The translations under genes were made by a program, and so were the position numbers. From Minutocellus sp. GHC0000111 (Eukaryota): a DNA stretch of 64,000 nt. The stretch is taken from the NCBI GenBank assembly GCA_977018835.1, contig OZ361260.1, forward strand, positions 1,922,001 through 1,986,000, read 5' to 3'. The notes below the pieces were generated by a model. It searched no databases, was not told the DNA's origin, and was given only the letters and a program-made list of their open reading frames with translations. Positions 22,551-35,189 of this stretch are shown here, piece after piece (within the stretch, counting starts at the first letter, position 1; each line of letters starts with the position of its first letter).

Positions 22551-25073
22551 TTACAAGCTGCCATTTTCTCTCAGTATCGCCGGCATCCAAGAGCTAACAT
22601 CATTTGCCGATACACCGAAGTTTGTCTTAGCTTTCTTATTATTTCTTGCAGATTTCTTGTTGCTGCCTGGGCTTCTGCGCTTCTTTCCGGCGTAAACGAC
22701 AACGTCGTCAGCATCGTCGCATTGACATTCAGCCCGAGTGTGGCCAAGCTGCTTGCATTTCTGACACTGCTGGTCAATCTTCTTCTTGCGGCCAGGCTTT
22801 GCTGGTTTCGCCTTACCAGCAGCTAGGGCCCTGTTCTTCTTGTACACATAGTCCTTGTCGTCTTTCTCGCTTCTGTTTCGCAAGGCTGCTCGAAGGCGCT
22901 TGCTGTCGCTCTTGCTCTTTTTGTACTCATCGGTGCGCTTACGCGCAAGGTCGCCCTCGAGCTTCCGGTCAATTGCATCGAATCCATCTTTTCGGGTAGG
23001 AGAATCCCTCGATCCCAACTTTCCAAGAACTCGCTCATTGAATTCCGTACCCAGTGACTTGTGGCCAGCGGCTCTACTTGTTGCATTTGGGTAGGCGTCT
23101 GAAGCAGCCAAATTCGGCCTTTTCCCCATCGTGAACTTCGTCACCATCCCGTTGAGCTGTTCGACGCCGGTGGTAGATTCCTTCTTGCAGTTGGAGTCGG
23201 CAGTATTCTTGTTGATTCTCTTGGTTATTTCAAGCGTCATCTTGCGAATCGTGTCGTCACTAATCTCCAACATGTCGCCATCGAATTGATTCCCCGAGCT
23301 CCATTCCTCATCGAGCTTGCCATCACTCCAATCAGGATGAGCAATGCTGAGGCGAATCCAATCACACGTGTTGGTGGTGCAAAAAGTGTGAATGCCACAT
23401 TGGTGACGAACGACGGACTGGAGTTCTTTCTGAAGGAGGGCCAGATGACTTTGTTTTTCCTCCTCGGACACAGCACCATCGGGCTGATCGAGAACGCTGT
23501 GCTTGTACCGATCAGCAATCTTCGAAATGTCCTGTTTCATCCGATTGATGCGTGGTCGGGGGATGGCATTAAAATTTTCAACTCCTTTGCATGCTTTTCG
23601 AAAGCCTGAGTCAATTGAATTGCTCAGATGATTAAAGTCACGGCAAAGCTCAACACCAGAAGCCAACTCATCACCTACTATGTCTTCCTGAGCGGCTGCT
23701 GCCCTGGCAATGCCTTTGCTGTCGCCATCGGCAACGTGCTTCTCAACGAAAAGAGGACACGCCTGCACGCTTCCTTCATCGTCGACCAGAAGATTCCGTC
23801 CAACATTCTCGGCCAGATGCTCCTCTGCCACACCGGGGGAGTAGGAAGAGTTGCGATAGCAGAAGCCATCATGGTCGTACAGGGCCAGTGTCTCATCCTT
23901 GCTCATGTTTTTGAGCTCACTCGGCGTTGTTGGATTGCCGGCTTCCCGCCTCTCCCTCAATCTTGCATTGCAGGCTCTCACGCAATAGTGGCAGCTTGCC
24001 TGAGAGATTCCCTTGTCAACAACAAGGCCAGTTTCCTTGTCTACGGCAAATACCGCTGCAGCAGAGCCAGTGTAGCAATGGCCGTAGTCAGTCGCGTTTG
24101 AGGGCGCTGCCGTCTTGGGCCACCGCAACCACCGCCGCCGTGTGCATCTCGCCGCCTTGTTCAAACTCAACAGTCTTGCTGCTAGCGGCATGTGCTTTTG
24201 CCCTGTTCTCGTCAATGATTTCATCAGCTGCTTCAACAGCCGCTGCTCTGCATTTCTTTTCCACCTGTCGGGCATTCTTTTCGGTCGGATGGCCTTCGTG
24301 CAGAAACTCATGAAGCGACTTGCGCACATGGCCTCATCTTCCGCTGCCTCCATCAGCTCCAAGTTCATTCCAGCCTGACTTCTAGAATGCTTTCTGCCGG
24401 GGCACACAACTTCTGACCTCTGGCCGATCCAAGTGCAAAAAGAAAAAGGTTGGTTGCATCTGTCGCATCGCCATTCAAATGTAACGCCGAATCCACGGCG
24501 AACTGGCTCGGCCGAGAGACACAGATTGCCGCACGATCGGTGGAGATTCTGTGCGAAATCATGCAGCTGCTTCATCTCAACCACAATTCTTTTGCCGTTG
24601 AGCTGCACGCCGGTGATGTTGGGACGATCGGCAGCGTTGGCGGTGGGAGCAGATGACCGACCGACCGAAGAATTCTTGTCGGAACAACATTTCAGCGTCG
24701 CGTTGAGATGGGGCCCATGCTTTTCATCGTCCTGGAAGTAATTTTCAGGTGTGGTCGGCAGTGATCGCTTGCCATTGCGTTGAGAGCGTGGGCTGGCGTT
24801 GTCGGCTATTCTGGAGAAGCGGTAGAAGGGCTTTGCAACGTCAAGGCCTGATGTTTTCTCTGGACGTCGTCGTTGGATGTTGACCTCGTGTCGTGTTGGG
24901 ACGTGTTGAAGAGATGATCGAACAAGAGAGATCTCTAAGCTCGGCGATGCGCCACCGCGCATCAAGATGCGGACAAGCTCATCAACAGTGCAGCAAGTAC
25001 ATCTGACGTCGTCTGGGAATGAGAGCAAGAGTGAGAGGATTGCCTCCTTAGCGTTAGCACGTGATGTTTCCAT
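22551..25073 (-). CDS. Second copy of the Kolobok transposase
   Basis: 840-aa ORF matching 19448-21970 apart from T/A in NL(T/A)AS; followed by a second right TIR ending 25538 and TTAA. Confidence 0.85.
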   Translation of the reverse strand: METSRANAKEAILSLLLSFPDDVRCTCCTVDELVRILMRGGASPSLEISLVRSSLQHVPTRHEVNIQRRRPEKTSGLDVAKPFYRFSRIADNASPRSQRNGKRSLPTTPENYFQDDEKHGPHLNATLKCCSDKNSSVGRSSAPTANAADRPNITGVQLNGKRIVVEMKQLHDFAQNLHRSCGNLCLSAEPVRRGFGVTFEWRCDRCNQPFSFCTWIGQRSEVVCPGRKHSRSQAGMNLELMEAAEDEAMCASRFMSFCTKAIRPKRMPDRWKRNAEQRLLKQLMKSLTRTGQKHMPLAARLLSLNKAARCTRRRWLRWPKTAAPSNATDYGHCYTGSAAAVFAVDKETGLVVDKGISQASCHYCVRACNARLRERREAGNPTTPSELKNMSKDETLALYDHDGFCYRNSSYSPGVAEEHLAENVGRNLLVDDEGSVQACPLFVEKHVADGDSKGIARAAAAQEDIVGDELASGVELCRDFNHLSNSIDSGFRKACKGVENFNAIPRPRINRMKQDISKIADRYKHSVLDQPDGAVSEEEKQSHLALLQKELQSVVRHQCGIHTFCTTNTCDWIRLSIAHPDWSDGKLDEEWSSGNQFDGDMLEISDDTIRKMTLEITKRINKNTADSNCKKESTTGVEQLNGMVTKFTMGKRPNLAASDAYPNATSRAAGHKSLGTEFNERVLGKLGSRDSPTRKDGFDAIDRKLEGDLARKRTDEYKKSKSDSKRLRAALRNRSEKDDKDYVYKKNRALAAGKAKPAKPGRKKKIDQQCQKCKQLGHTRAECQCDDADDVVVYAGKKRRSPGSNKKSARNNKKAKTNFGVSANDVSSWMPAILRENGSL

Positions 25074-25659
25074 GGTTGTTTTTTTGTTTTGTGTCGGTTC
25101 TGGCGCAAGACACGCTTTTCGATGAGAACCTTACAAAAAGAACCCCAAATGAGGGAGACGTGCAAAAATACCCCAAACAAATATCCCCTTACCTCCCAAC
25201 AGCAAAACTTCAAGATATCTTCCCACCAGCACCACCAATGCTGGTCATGCGTCGGCCGAGACTAATTTCGGTCGATCCGACGATGATGTGCACGTCGACC
25301 ATTGCATTTCTGAGGGAGAGTTGATTCATCGAAGTTCCTCTGAACCAAGTGTTCCTGGAGGGATTTCCGACTTAATGCTGAAAGGAACGTCGATGACTCT
25401 TCGCCACTGTGGAGAGCGGCGGCCTTCGATGAGGAGCCCATTGTCGCGTTGGAGTGCTAACTTTGGCGATGGTGCGAAGAAGAAACGGCACAAAACACGC
25501 ATTTTGGGGGCTTCCTAAAAGTTATGGACAGCGCCCTCTTAAGGTGGCAGATCCCCTTGTTTCCGCCTTCATGATATTTTTCGGGGTGTTGACAACATTG
25601 ATCAAAATTTCATACTAATCCCAACTTTGTAACATTGAAAGCATGTGAAATTGAAGCTG

Positions 25660-27086
25660 TCAATTTTTACAAAAGGTTATTGTGAGAGGACGTTCTGCAT
25701 CTCGAATGATGCCAGCAATTGTTTTTTCGTCGGCCGCTGCAGTAACTACAGCATTGCCAACTGCAACAATCCTGTCACCTGTTCTGATTGCTGTAAGAGA
25801 ATTGTCCAGCACTTTGTCTACCACAGCTGATCTGAGGCTTAGCCCTAACTTTTGCCCTGAGAAGGACAGAGAATATGTCTTACCTACACAATCAGCAAAT
25901 TCAATTGCAAGATGACGGTATGCCATTACAACAGATCTTCCTGGCTGAGGCTGGCCCGCAACGTGAGACGATCTGTGGCGATACTGGCGGTGCATTGCAA
26001 TTGCAAGCCAAATAATTTTACGAAAGAATTGATTCAAAGAATCCATCCTTCTGAATTGCATGCACAAAAGATTTTGTCGATAGTAGCTGCACCAAAGTAT
26101 CGACCGTCGCATATTCCTCCTTGAGTAGCCGCTCTATCGCCGGAAAGAAGTCATCCTTCTGCACCGCGTATGCAAAAGATGGCGTTGATAGTAGCTGCAC
26201 CAAAGTGTCGACCGTCGCATATTCCTCCTTGAGTAGCCGCTCGATAGATTCAAAGAATCCATCCTTTTGCATGGCGTTCGCAAAAGATCGCGTTGATAAT
26301 ATCCGTACCAAATCATCTGCTGATGCATGTTCCTCGTTGAGTAGCCGCTCGATAGATTCAAAGAATCCATCCTTCTGCACCGCATAGGCAAAAGATGGCG
26401 TTGATAGTAGCTGCACCAAAGTGTCGACCGTCGCATATTCCTCCTTGAGTAGCCGCTCGATAGATTCAAAGAATCCATCCTTTTGCATGGCGTTCGCAAA
26501 AGATCGCGTTGATAACATCCGTACCAAATCACCAGCTGATGCAAATCCCTCCTCAACCAGCTTGGTTATTGCTGGAAAGAAGGCATCCTTCTGCACAGCG
26601 CCAGCCAACGCAGGGGTGGACAGCAGCCGAACCAAATCATCCCGAGATTCGACGTATCGATCTGCTTGCAGTTTGTCGACAGAAAGATACAAATCCTCGT
26701 CGAGCAGCCGAGATGCGAAAACGGGGGTTTCCAGAAACTTGATCATTTCCCCCTTAGAAAACCCCCCCCCCATCCTCGCTCATCAAAAATTCGATTTTGC
26801 GTCGGCACTCGCCCCCAGCAAGATCGAGCGTCCGCAACACCCTCATCTTGCTTGGCCATCTATCACCATCTATATTGAGAAGGGCCCGAATAGCTCTAGA
26901 TTCCTCCACCTGTGCCTTGTCTTCTGCCTTTAGATGCTTGGATAGATAGTCATCAATCTCAGGAACAGAAGGAGCATCACCACGTGAACTCTTCATCTCA
27001 TTGAACCCCTTCATAATTCGGAACGACCGCTCCAAGTATCTACGCGCGGATCCCTTCCCTCTGGCCATCATTGCAGAGCTTGGATG
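25660..27086 (-). pseudogene. 36-aa helical tandem-repeat protein with C-terminal PDZ-like domain; 5' end unclear, frame broken
   Basis: Six 108-bp repeats (DxLVxxLSTxSFAxAxQKDGFFESIERLLKEEYATV) at ~26020-26645. Frame break at C-run 26762-26771. C-terminal KLGLSL...GDRIVAVG...RPLTITF. Confidence 0.6.
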
Positions 27087-27934
27087 CGAGGCCGTTTTAG
27101 GATTGACCATTTGTCCCGTGTTGACGACAGGCGTAACGACGATGGGCTCATTGTACACGAACGATTTGAGGTTCTCCGTGGAAGTGACCTGTGGGTATCC
27201 ATAGTCCAGCATTTCGTCGAGAAGTTCATAAAGGAGGATGAGTTCTTCCGTATGGCTTCCTCGGACAGTGTGCCGCAGTAGTCCTTGAAGACTTTGGCGA
27301 TTTTGGAGAGAAGCTTTTGGAAGAGTGGGTGACAAAATGGATGGGGGAGAAGTAGTTGTTCGCAACAGATAACAATAATGGGTGAGCAAGTAGATGTGGT
27401 GTCGGGTCGGTAGGAGGAGAAATGAAAATAAATGCTTTCGGTGCGCATTGCTCCACACATTCGGCATATCTCATGATTTTTTTGTGTGTGGGCGGAACTT
27501 ACCTCAACAACAGTGCATGGGCTGACATTCCGGTTAGTAGAGCAGCCAAAGATGAGCCCATTCCTCTTCACGTGGATGTAACTGAGGCCGTCGGGCATGA
27601 TGAACACCGGGGGTGCATCTCCCTTCCGATCGGTCGATTCCCCTCCTCCACTGTTCCCACCGTTGCCTCCGGACGTTCCATCCGCTGCGCTACCGCTACC
27701 ACCGTCGGTCCCCGCGGCACCGTCGCCGCCCGCAGAGGCGACACTCGTCGGCGTTAAACCAGTGGAATCGGCAATGCCCGGGGTGGCAATGCCGTCCCAA
27801 AACTTGACCTTGCGAAAGAAGGCCTCGGTGTGCGACCGCTCGTGAGCTCCCACATCGTCACTGGTTCTGTAGGACTTTGCAATAACTGTGTCGCCACGGG
27901 GGCTAATGATGAAAAAGTTATTCAACACAATCAT
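27087..27934 (-). pseudogene. AP4M1: N-terminal (longin) fragment of AP-4 complex mu subunit, truncated and frameshifted
   Basis: FFIISPRGDTVIAKSYR, KDYCGTLSEEAIRKN, LYELLDEMLDYGYPQVTSTE. Intron ~27318-27502. 1-nt frameshift near 27243. Mu-homology domain absent. Confidence 0.8.
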
Positions 27935-28566
27935 TTGTACTAGCCTTTGTATTCCGTCGCACGGCACCCCAGCTGCCTCGAGTATGGTGAAGTGGGAAGT
28001 ACTCTACACGGATACGCACGGAGCAGCAGCCAAGCGAACGGCACAACGGCGCACCAGCAGCAGCCAGCCAGCCACGCGGTCGCGTCGGCCAGAGGCGAGA
28101 GGCGTACCTAGGTAGGCCTACAATGTACATGTAGGCCTACCTAGGTAGGCCTAGAGTAGGCCGGCCATTTTTGCACTCACACGTCACATTTGCATCATCG
28201 AGAAACAGCTCCGCCGCACCCTGCCGTCGGTACATGTATTTTGCAGGTAGAGTCTAGCTAGGAACTTCCTACACGTAGCTAGGCCTAGGTAGGTGATGCT
28301 GGTCCTCATGGCGGTATTTTGCAGGTGATGCTGGTCTTCCTCATAGGTGCTGGTGTGTATCGTCGTATACAGTGAAGGGTACCGTATCACTTTCTGCAAG
28401 GGATGGCTTTCTGCACTTTCTATTGCGTAGACGTTTAATATAATCTACCAGTAGATCTACCGGTACTGGTGACTTTTAAAATTGATCTATCTACACATGC
28501 ACCAGTAGACTACATGTAGATCTAATACCGGCATGTACTGGTATGTACAGTATTGATGTATTAGAT

Positions 28567-31500
28567 CTATGCACCATCGGACTTTCTCACACTAGTAGTA
28601 CCACCACTTTCAGTGTCATCTCCACCAGTGGTTGTGTTCGTAATGTGCCCAGAGTTTTCTGTGTCTGGCAGGCTTGCATCGTCTACATGTTCATAGCTGT
28701 TGAACAAATCCAAACCGGCAGCATTGTCCTCGGGAACATCATCGATGAAGAGGGCCCCAACAACAGCCACAACTCGACCATTTCCTCCGGGCAAAGGCGG
28801 CAGGTCTGAGTGTCTCACTACACTTTCCCCGGAAGTCTGAGAGCGGGCCATGGAACGGATGGGGAGATGTCGAACCCTCTCCTGGATTTCTCGGCGTCGT
28901 CGCTGCTGCCGACGGATGAGAAGATCTCGTCTTCTTTGTCGACGCTTTTGAGCTGGGTCATTCACACGCAAATCCATCAGCATCGTTGCGACGGCCTTGT
29001 CCTTGTTGGTTCGGAACGAGTTTCGAAGTCGCCTGTCGGCATTCCGTCTGCGTCGATTATTATTTGAAGCAAGTGATGAGCTTGCAGTAGATCCCAGGTT
29101 CAAACGGAATCGCGCTGTTTCGGGGAAAGCAGTAAATGCGGCGCGAGGCAGGTTTGAAGGAGCTCTGGCCTCCACGTTACTGAGAGGATGACTGTTTCGC
29201 CGGCTTCTATCACTTTGCCTACGCCAACTGCTGCTACTGCTGCTACCGGAGCCGATTCTTTGGTTCATCCTGCTTCTTACATTCCTCTTATATGCCTTCA
29301 CGGCACCCATTCCTCCAATACCTGCGCCCAGAACCACAACAACACTAATGGCAAGGAAACCAATCACATCACCAGTTTTCATGGAAGAAAACACTCTAAA
29401 TGTCCGAGTAAAGATATCAACCGGGGTATCAACGAGATCTTTTGCACGATCAACATAAATGTCCGATAGCGGTGGCTTCATCCACGGCCAGTGAGGTCGA
29501 TCCATATTGTCGGAGTTGACCACATAGGCGCGCTGGCAAGGCACCAATGTTTCGCGAGGAAAGTCATATGCCTCATTATCATCTTGTTGCCCGGTGTTCT
29601 CTTCTTTTGGAATGAGCGTCAGCATTTCGTTAGACGAAAACTCAGAGGCGTCATCGCCGCTTCCTGTGCTTCTTCGAAAAGTCGCCATTGATGTGGGCTC
29701 GGTAGTGCCAGAGGTAGGCGCAGCACTTGGAGCTTGGGATAAACTAGGACACATGCATTGACCCGTTTCGTTGTTGCAGATGCCATCAATGGCATTTCCT
29801 TCTCCATCGATCCCACCAGCGCCAACGCAATCTTGCGGACAATGGAAGGTAGGACAAGTTGATTTTCTGTCAGGACAAGTTATGGTATCGTGGGGCCACA
29901 CTCCCAGCACTTGGCCTGGAAATTGACATTTGGTCCACACACCATCCACCTTGACTCGCAGTGATTGATCGGACAAGACGCATGCCACAGGAACGCAGAG
30001 GGCTGCCTTTTGTCCATTGACTTGCCCGGTTACACAACGTGAGCCCAAACCAAATTCTTCCGTTTCCTTCACTTTATACCTAGCAGACTTAGGATTTGTG
30101 CAAGTGATTTCGATTTCCCCACCAATAATCGAGGGACATATCGGGACCTCCCACCGATTGTCTTTCAGATGGTGACATGATATCTTTCAGAAAAGAGGGT
30201 GTTGAAGAGAAATATGAAAATTCTTCAGGAAGAGATTTGGCATAGCGTACAAGGTTGCACGATGCCTTTCGAAAACTATCATCGGAGCAACCGGTCCATT
30301 CCATTTCATTGCTAGACTTCTGCATGGATTGCAGCGACCCACGCGTTGGTCAAAATCTGATCGGGAAGGAGCCTGCGACGATTCCACGTTACTAGTAGGG
30401 AGAAGGGCTCGTGGGTCGTTGCAGAAGAAGGCAGAGTTGGCAGCTCGGACCTTTCCATTGGCCATGATACATTTCTCGTTAACGAAAGGACAGCCAGCCC
30501 CTCTTCCCCATGGCCCGCTACTGGGAGATGCCTTACTGAAATCAACATCGTACCATCCAGCGTCGGAAAAATAGGCCAGTGTGAGGGGTGATATTGAAGG
30601 CAAAAGGCTAGCCGTGGTCTCGGGGGAAGAAAGAACAAATGATTCCGGACGAGGAAGGGGCACGTCAGTGACAACAGGATTCATCAAATCATTCTTCAAG
30701 ACTCGACGGCTCTGATTGGATTCGATGACAATTTCCATTGTAATAGCCCGCAAAAAAATATTTCGAAATTGAGTGGTGTGAGAATCGCGATACCAATGGT
30801 ATAATAGAGAAGAAGAAATGATGGTTCATTCAATAATTGGGATGAAGGGCAACGGCACAGCACAGCAACGATCGTAGTTCGCATTGTATGCTGTTTTAGT
30901 CGCTCACACGGCGAAGGTCCTAAGCTTCCCGCTAGACGAAGAGTCAATTATCATTCTCGGGCTTTAATTGCCGCTTTTGGTACGAAGAGAACCAAAGCGG
31001 TAGAAACCACCCTTAGATTCAGTCAAGAGAAGAAGACAGCAAAATGCTTTGTTTGGAACACTTACCCAATGGTCTTCGATGCATGCTCCAACATCAGTTT
31101 CGGCGTATTGAACATCCTCCGCAGATGATATATCGGCAACTTGGTCGCCTGCAGCATTATCGAGAAAGTCGTAGTCATCCCTACGGTCACGGCCATCGTC
31201 TGTTTGTTGATTGCCATGATCATTGTCATTCAGATCATTCAGATGCCGCTGCCGATTATTTTTCTCTGCAGACGATAACTCTGATTCCTCGGTATCATAT
31301 CCGTTCTGTTTCGATGAAGTGGTGATGGGCGATCCTTTCAATCGTTCTACGTGGTAGAGTTCGCCCTCTAGCTCGGCACCCTCCAATGTATCGCATGAAA
31401 AGTGATTCCTAACGACGGCTTGAACCGTCGGAGTTACAATATCGGCGACCCGGACACCTCCTCGGATGGTGCGAAACTTAATCGTGGTCTCGGCGGGTAG

Positions 31501-33341
31501 CGGTATGGTTGCCCGCTTGCGCCTTCTATTCCGCCTATTCAATATTCCAGTGCACTCAATGTTGACATCTGGCACTTCCCCAACAATCCAGGGATCTTTG
31601 TCACTTTCGTCATTGACGGCCGAGGAAGATATTGGCAATCTAGCAGTTCTTGGCGTCCCATCTCGCTCCCGAAAATGAGCCAAGCTTTGTATGTTGAAAC
31701 CAAGAATATGTCAAAGCTCGTGCATGACTGTGAGCTGAGTCAACTGAAGGTGTTTGATGTCGTCCGTCTTTGAAGTGAAGAATTTGTCAGGCTCGATGCA
31801 CAAATGGATCATTCCATGCGTCGGTCGATCGTATTGGTCCGTCGAGCTGAATGGGAAGTGGAATCGGCGTGCATGTTGAGTGTCATTAGTGAGTGAGACC
31901 AGGATTGTGAGATGAAAGGGGGTGAAGCATACAGGTTTGATGTGTGCAACACTAAATTAAAGTAAAATGCAAAAGCCTCGCCTCCAAAGCAAGCAGTCTA
32001 TGTGACCGTGCACGAGCCTATTGCATGAAAGACTCACCAATGAGTAGCGCTTGCCAAATAGGCTGGGGAGCATCTCGGGTGTTTAGTAGCTGTTCCTGAA
32101 TCCGGTGATTTGTTCTCTAGAAGCGATACTATGGGTGTGTCTGACGGTATTAATTTGCCAAGAGATGGGTGGGTCGCATTCACCAAACCATTTGCAGGGC
32201 TAAGGGTTGCGTTTGAATCATCCCTCTCTGCCGAAGCTGGCGATTCCAAGCTCTCTGATAGTTGCTGTTGCGAAAAGGGACGAAATCCTGCTTCCTTGTA
32301 GAGAGCATCGGATCCACGGATGTTCCCAGCCCCAGGATGTTGGTTGGGTTTGGAGAATGTGTCCGCAACGTGACTACTTGTGCTGCTGGCAGGGATGATG
32401 CTATTCGTAGTAGGAGCTTCCTCTTCATCAACGTTGGTATTGTTCGGATCACTCCGTGTACCGGTACCGGTACTTTGCTGCTGCGCTCGAAATCCGAGCT
32501 CAACGTATACCACCAAATCAGCATTCGGGACTCCAACTCCACTATTGGCATTGCCGTGACTCACTGTTGTGTTGTTCGCCGCCACCGCGCCAAAATCATG
32601 AAAATGATGCTCGGGAGGCAGGGCGCTAGGAGTTCCATTTTCATCCAGACCTGGTCCGCATGAGATGCCATCATAGAGTTGGCTTCTGTCCAAGGTGAGG
32701 TTGCCCTCGACCCGGATCAGACGAATGACATCCGACCATGCCTCAATGGCTGGGTTGAGGACGGTGTGTAGAAGGTAATGCTGCTGCGATTTGGTCAGAT
32801 GACTCTGGGTGGTCGCAGTTAGGATTGGAACTATTCGTATTGGCTCTGGTGTTGGGCCTGGGGATGTCGGTGATGCCGTTGGAAAATCACCATCAGCACC
32901 AATATCATCAATTGATTCTTCGAAAGGTGTAACCCCGTCTATTTTCGTTTCATCCTCCCCGATGCGCCCGCCATCCTCGCTATCGTCGCGACGAACTGCA
33001 CCTGCTTCGAGTAGGTGTCGGCTCAGTGGGTGGTTGGCCGGATAACTCACAACGCGCGTAGGCGTACGGATACGGCGCTGCGGCAGCCTGTCTATGCCAT
33101 CTCTTGTGGTAGGCACATTTGGAAGATGTGCCGCATAGCAGCCACTGTACCCAGATAGTTGGTGAAGAGAGCCCGCAAGTAGGCATCGGCATATTATGCT
33201 TGCCGTCACATGATTATTTGTTTTCCCTTGGGTTTTTTCCTTTCTCGTTTTTCGTCGTCTTGCTGGTGCGGCAGCAGCAGCAGCAGCGGCAAGGACTTTA
33301 GTGGAGCCGCTGCATGCACCTTCCCCTCTCCGTCTCTTCAT
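28567..33341 (-). pseudogene. Leishmanolysin-like (peptidase M8/GP63) membrane protein, disrupted
   Basis: STDQYDRPTHG, zinc motif read as VMHEL*HILGF (TGA at 31711-31713), NHFSCDTLEGAELE, EDHW, LTLAYFSDAGWY, WGRGAGC, EGF-like and TM segments. Introns 31847-32037 and ~30715-31065; further frame breaks near 30330 and 30120. Confidence 0.85.
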
Positions 33342-34662
33342 GACGTTTGGGATTGTCTTGGTTACTGACGCGGAGTGGCTGGAATTTAACTTGTACCTAG
33401 GTACAGTATGTGTAGCGCAGCAGCAGGCCAGCGCGCCACGGCCTCGCCTCTAGCTAGCACGCCGCGCCGTGGTCGTGGTCGCGCCGTAGATTCGATTCGA
33501 CCATGCATGGCGATGGCGCTGCGGAATGGTACTAACTAAGGCCTTTTTATTTCTGTGAGACATCATTCAGAAGTTGAGATCGATACGAAGCCGATGACGC
33601 ATGACGAGCCAGATAGCATGCATCATACAAGAGCTCTGCTGCTCATGTGGTCTCGGTGGTGTGGCGACGGACAGACCAAATGGCATCGGAGGGGTGGGTT
33701 CCCATCCGCTGGTTCGTAGCCTGTGCACTGTTTCTACGTAGCTTGGCTGGCATGTCGTGCTTTCTGTCCTGAGTGTTCATTGTTGGTGTTCATTGCAGAG
33801 GTGGGAGAGAGGGGCTACAGCAGATGGCCCAGGTGCCCTGGCGGGGCTGCTGTTTGGTTGCTCTCTTTCTTCCTGTTGCCGTGTGTCCGTGATGAGCTAG
33901 CTGTTCCTCTTCTTTTTTTTATTATTATAAATTGGCACTTCGTGCTACAATTCTTTTCTTACTGCTTAAGCATAACTCTCTTTACTTTTTATACGTTTCT
34001 TGTTTATAGTCGATGCCTCTTCCTGCATTTACTAATGTTGAATGCTCAACAATCCTATATGGCCGAGACGTATAATGACGTCATATGGAAAGTAGTGAGA
34101 CATTCTGCTCACAGGTGCGCGTTCAAATCGTGGCCGTCGATCGTATCCTGCATCGGTGCGCCGTGTGAGCTCCATTGTAATTGTACATCGTCGTCTTCGT
34201 TGCGCTCGTGGCGGTGTCGTCGTGGTGTTTCTTGTCTCTTCTGTTTCCCTACCATGGATTCGTTTGCGGCTTCTCCCCTCGGCAAGGAATTCTTTCGTCG
34301 TTTGTGGTTGTCCTCTCACTGTCGCCAATGCTAACCCTACCCATCTCTCGTCCCCGTCATTCGTTGATATCGTTCTCTCGAATCAATTTCACTCCTTCAT
34401 CGTCGATCTTTGTCTGTCTCGTTATATATTTGTATCTTCCGCTGTCGTCGATCCTGTATCTCGGTCTCTCGAATCTCCTCGGTCTTTTGGTTGTCTCTCT
34501 TCTTCGTCGAGCCTCGTCGATCGGTGTCTTATTTTTGATATCTTCCGTCGTACTGTTTATCGCATTGACGGGATATTTTTCTTCCGTCGACCTCATAGCT
34601 CTTTTCGTCTTCGTCGTTCTGGGTCGGACATTGATTGGAGTGGTTCTGTTTTACCTTTTGTA

Positions 34663-35085
34663 ATGTCATGTGTCCCGACGTTTCGCACGGTCTTTCGGCA
34701 TCCTGAATTTGCACGTTTTGTCCAATCATTAGCTTCCGAACCTCACGGCCCCGGCGCGGCATCTGCAGGTCCTATTCATGCTTCTTTTTGCCATTTCATA
34801 GCATCTTTTCTTGCTGTGAACCAGCTTGAGCAAGTCGACGTCTTACGTGTTATCCATGCAGCTGACAGAGAGTCAATCTGTTCCGATGAAATCCCCATGC
34901 TCTATGTACGTGATGCCAACGTTGGATCCGCTGCTTACGTTTTCAGATCTAATTTTGACTCCAACCCCCATCTCCCTAGCGATGTTTTTGCCTCCTCGTC
35001 TCCCGTCTTTCGTTACCTCAGATCATGCTTTCGATCTGGTCCTCATTTCGATCCTTCTGGTCCTGATGATTACGGTCAGCTCTGA
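34663..35085 (+). CDS. Small accessory ORF (140 aa) of the Helitron-like element, unknown function
   Basis: ATG at 34663 with protein-like composition, convergent with the left-arm gene and separated from it by a palindrome-bearing AT-rich gap. Confidence 0.45.
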   Translation: MSCVPTFRTVFRHPEFARFVQSLASEPHGPGAASAGPIHASFCHFIASFLAVNQLEQVDVLRVIHAADRESICSDEIPMLYVRDANVGSAAYVFRSNFDSNPHLPSDVFASSSPVFRYLRSCFRSGPHFDPSGPDDYGQL

Positions 35086-35189
35086 AGATTTCATGTACCT
35101 CGCTCTATTTATCTTTGTGGAATATTCAACATTTGTAGATATCTCTTCTTTAATTTTGCTAGTATTATATACATATATATTAATTATTC

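Larger units (their letters stand above)
19354..25559. repeat. Head-to-tail tandem duplication, unit 3,103 bp (19354-22456 / 22457-25559)
   Basis: Unit spans the transposase, right TIR, TTAA and 17 further flanking bases. Two substitutions noticed between units (NLTAS/NLAAS; AATTCTG/AATGCTG). Confidence 0.95.
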
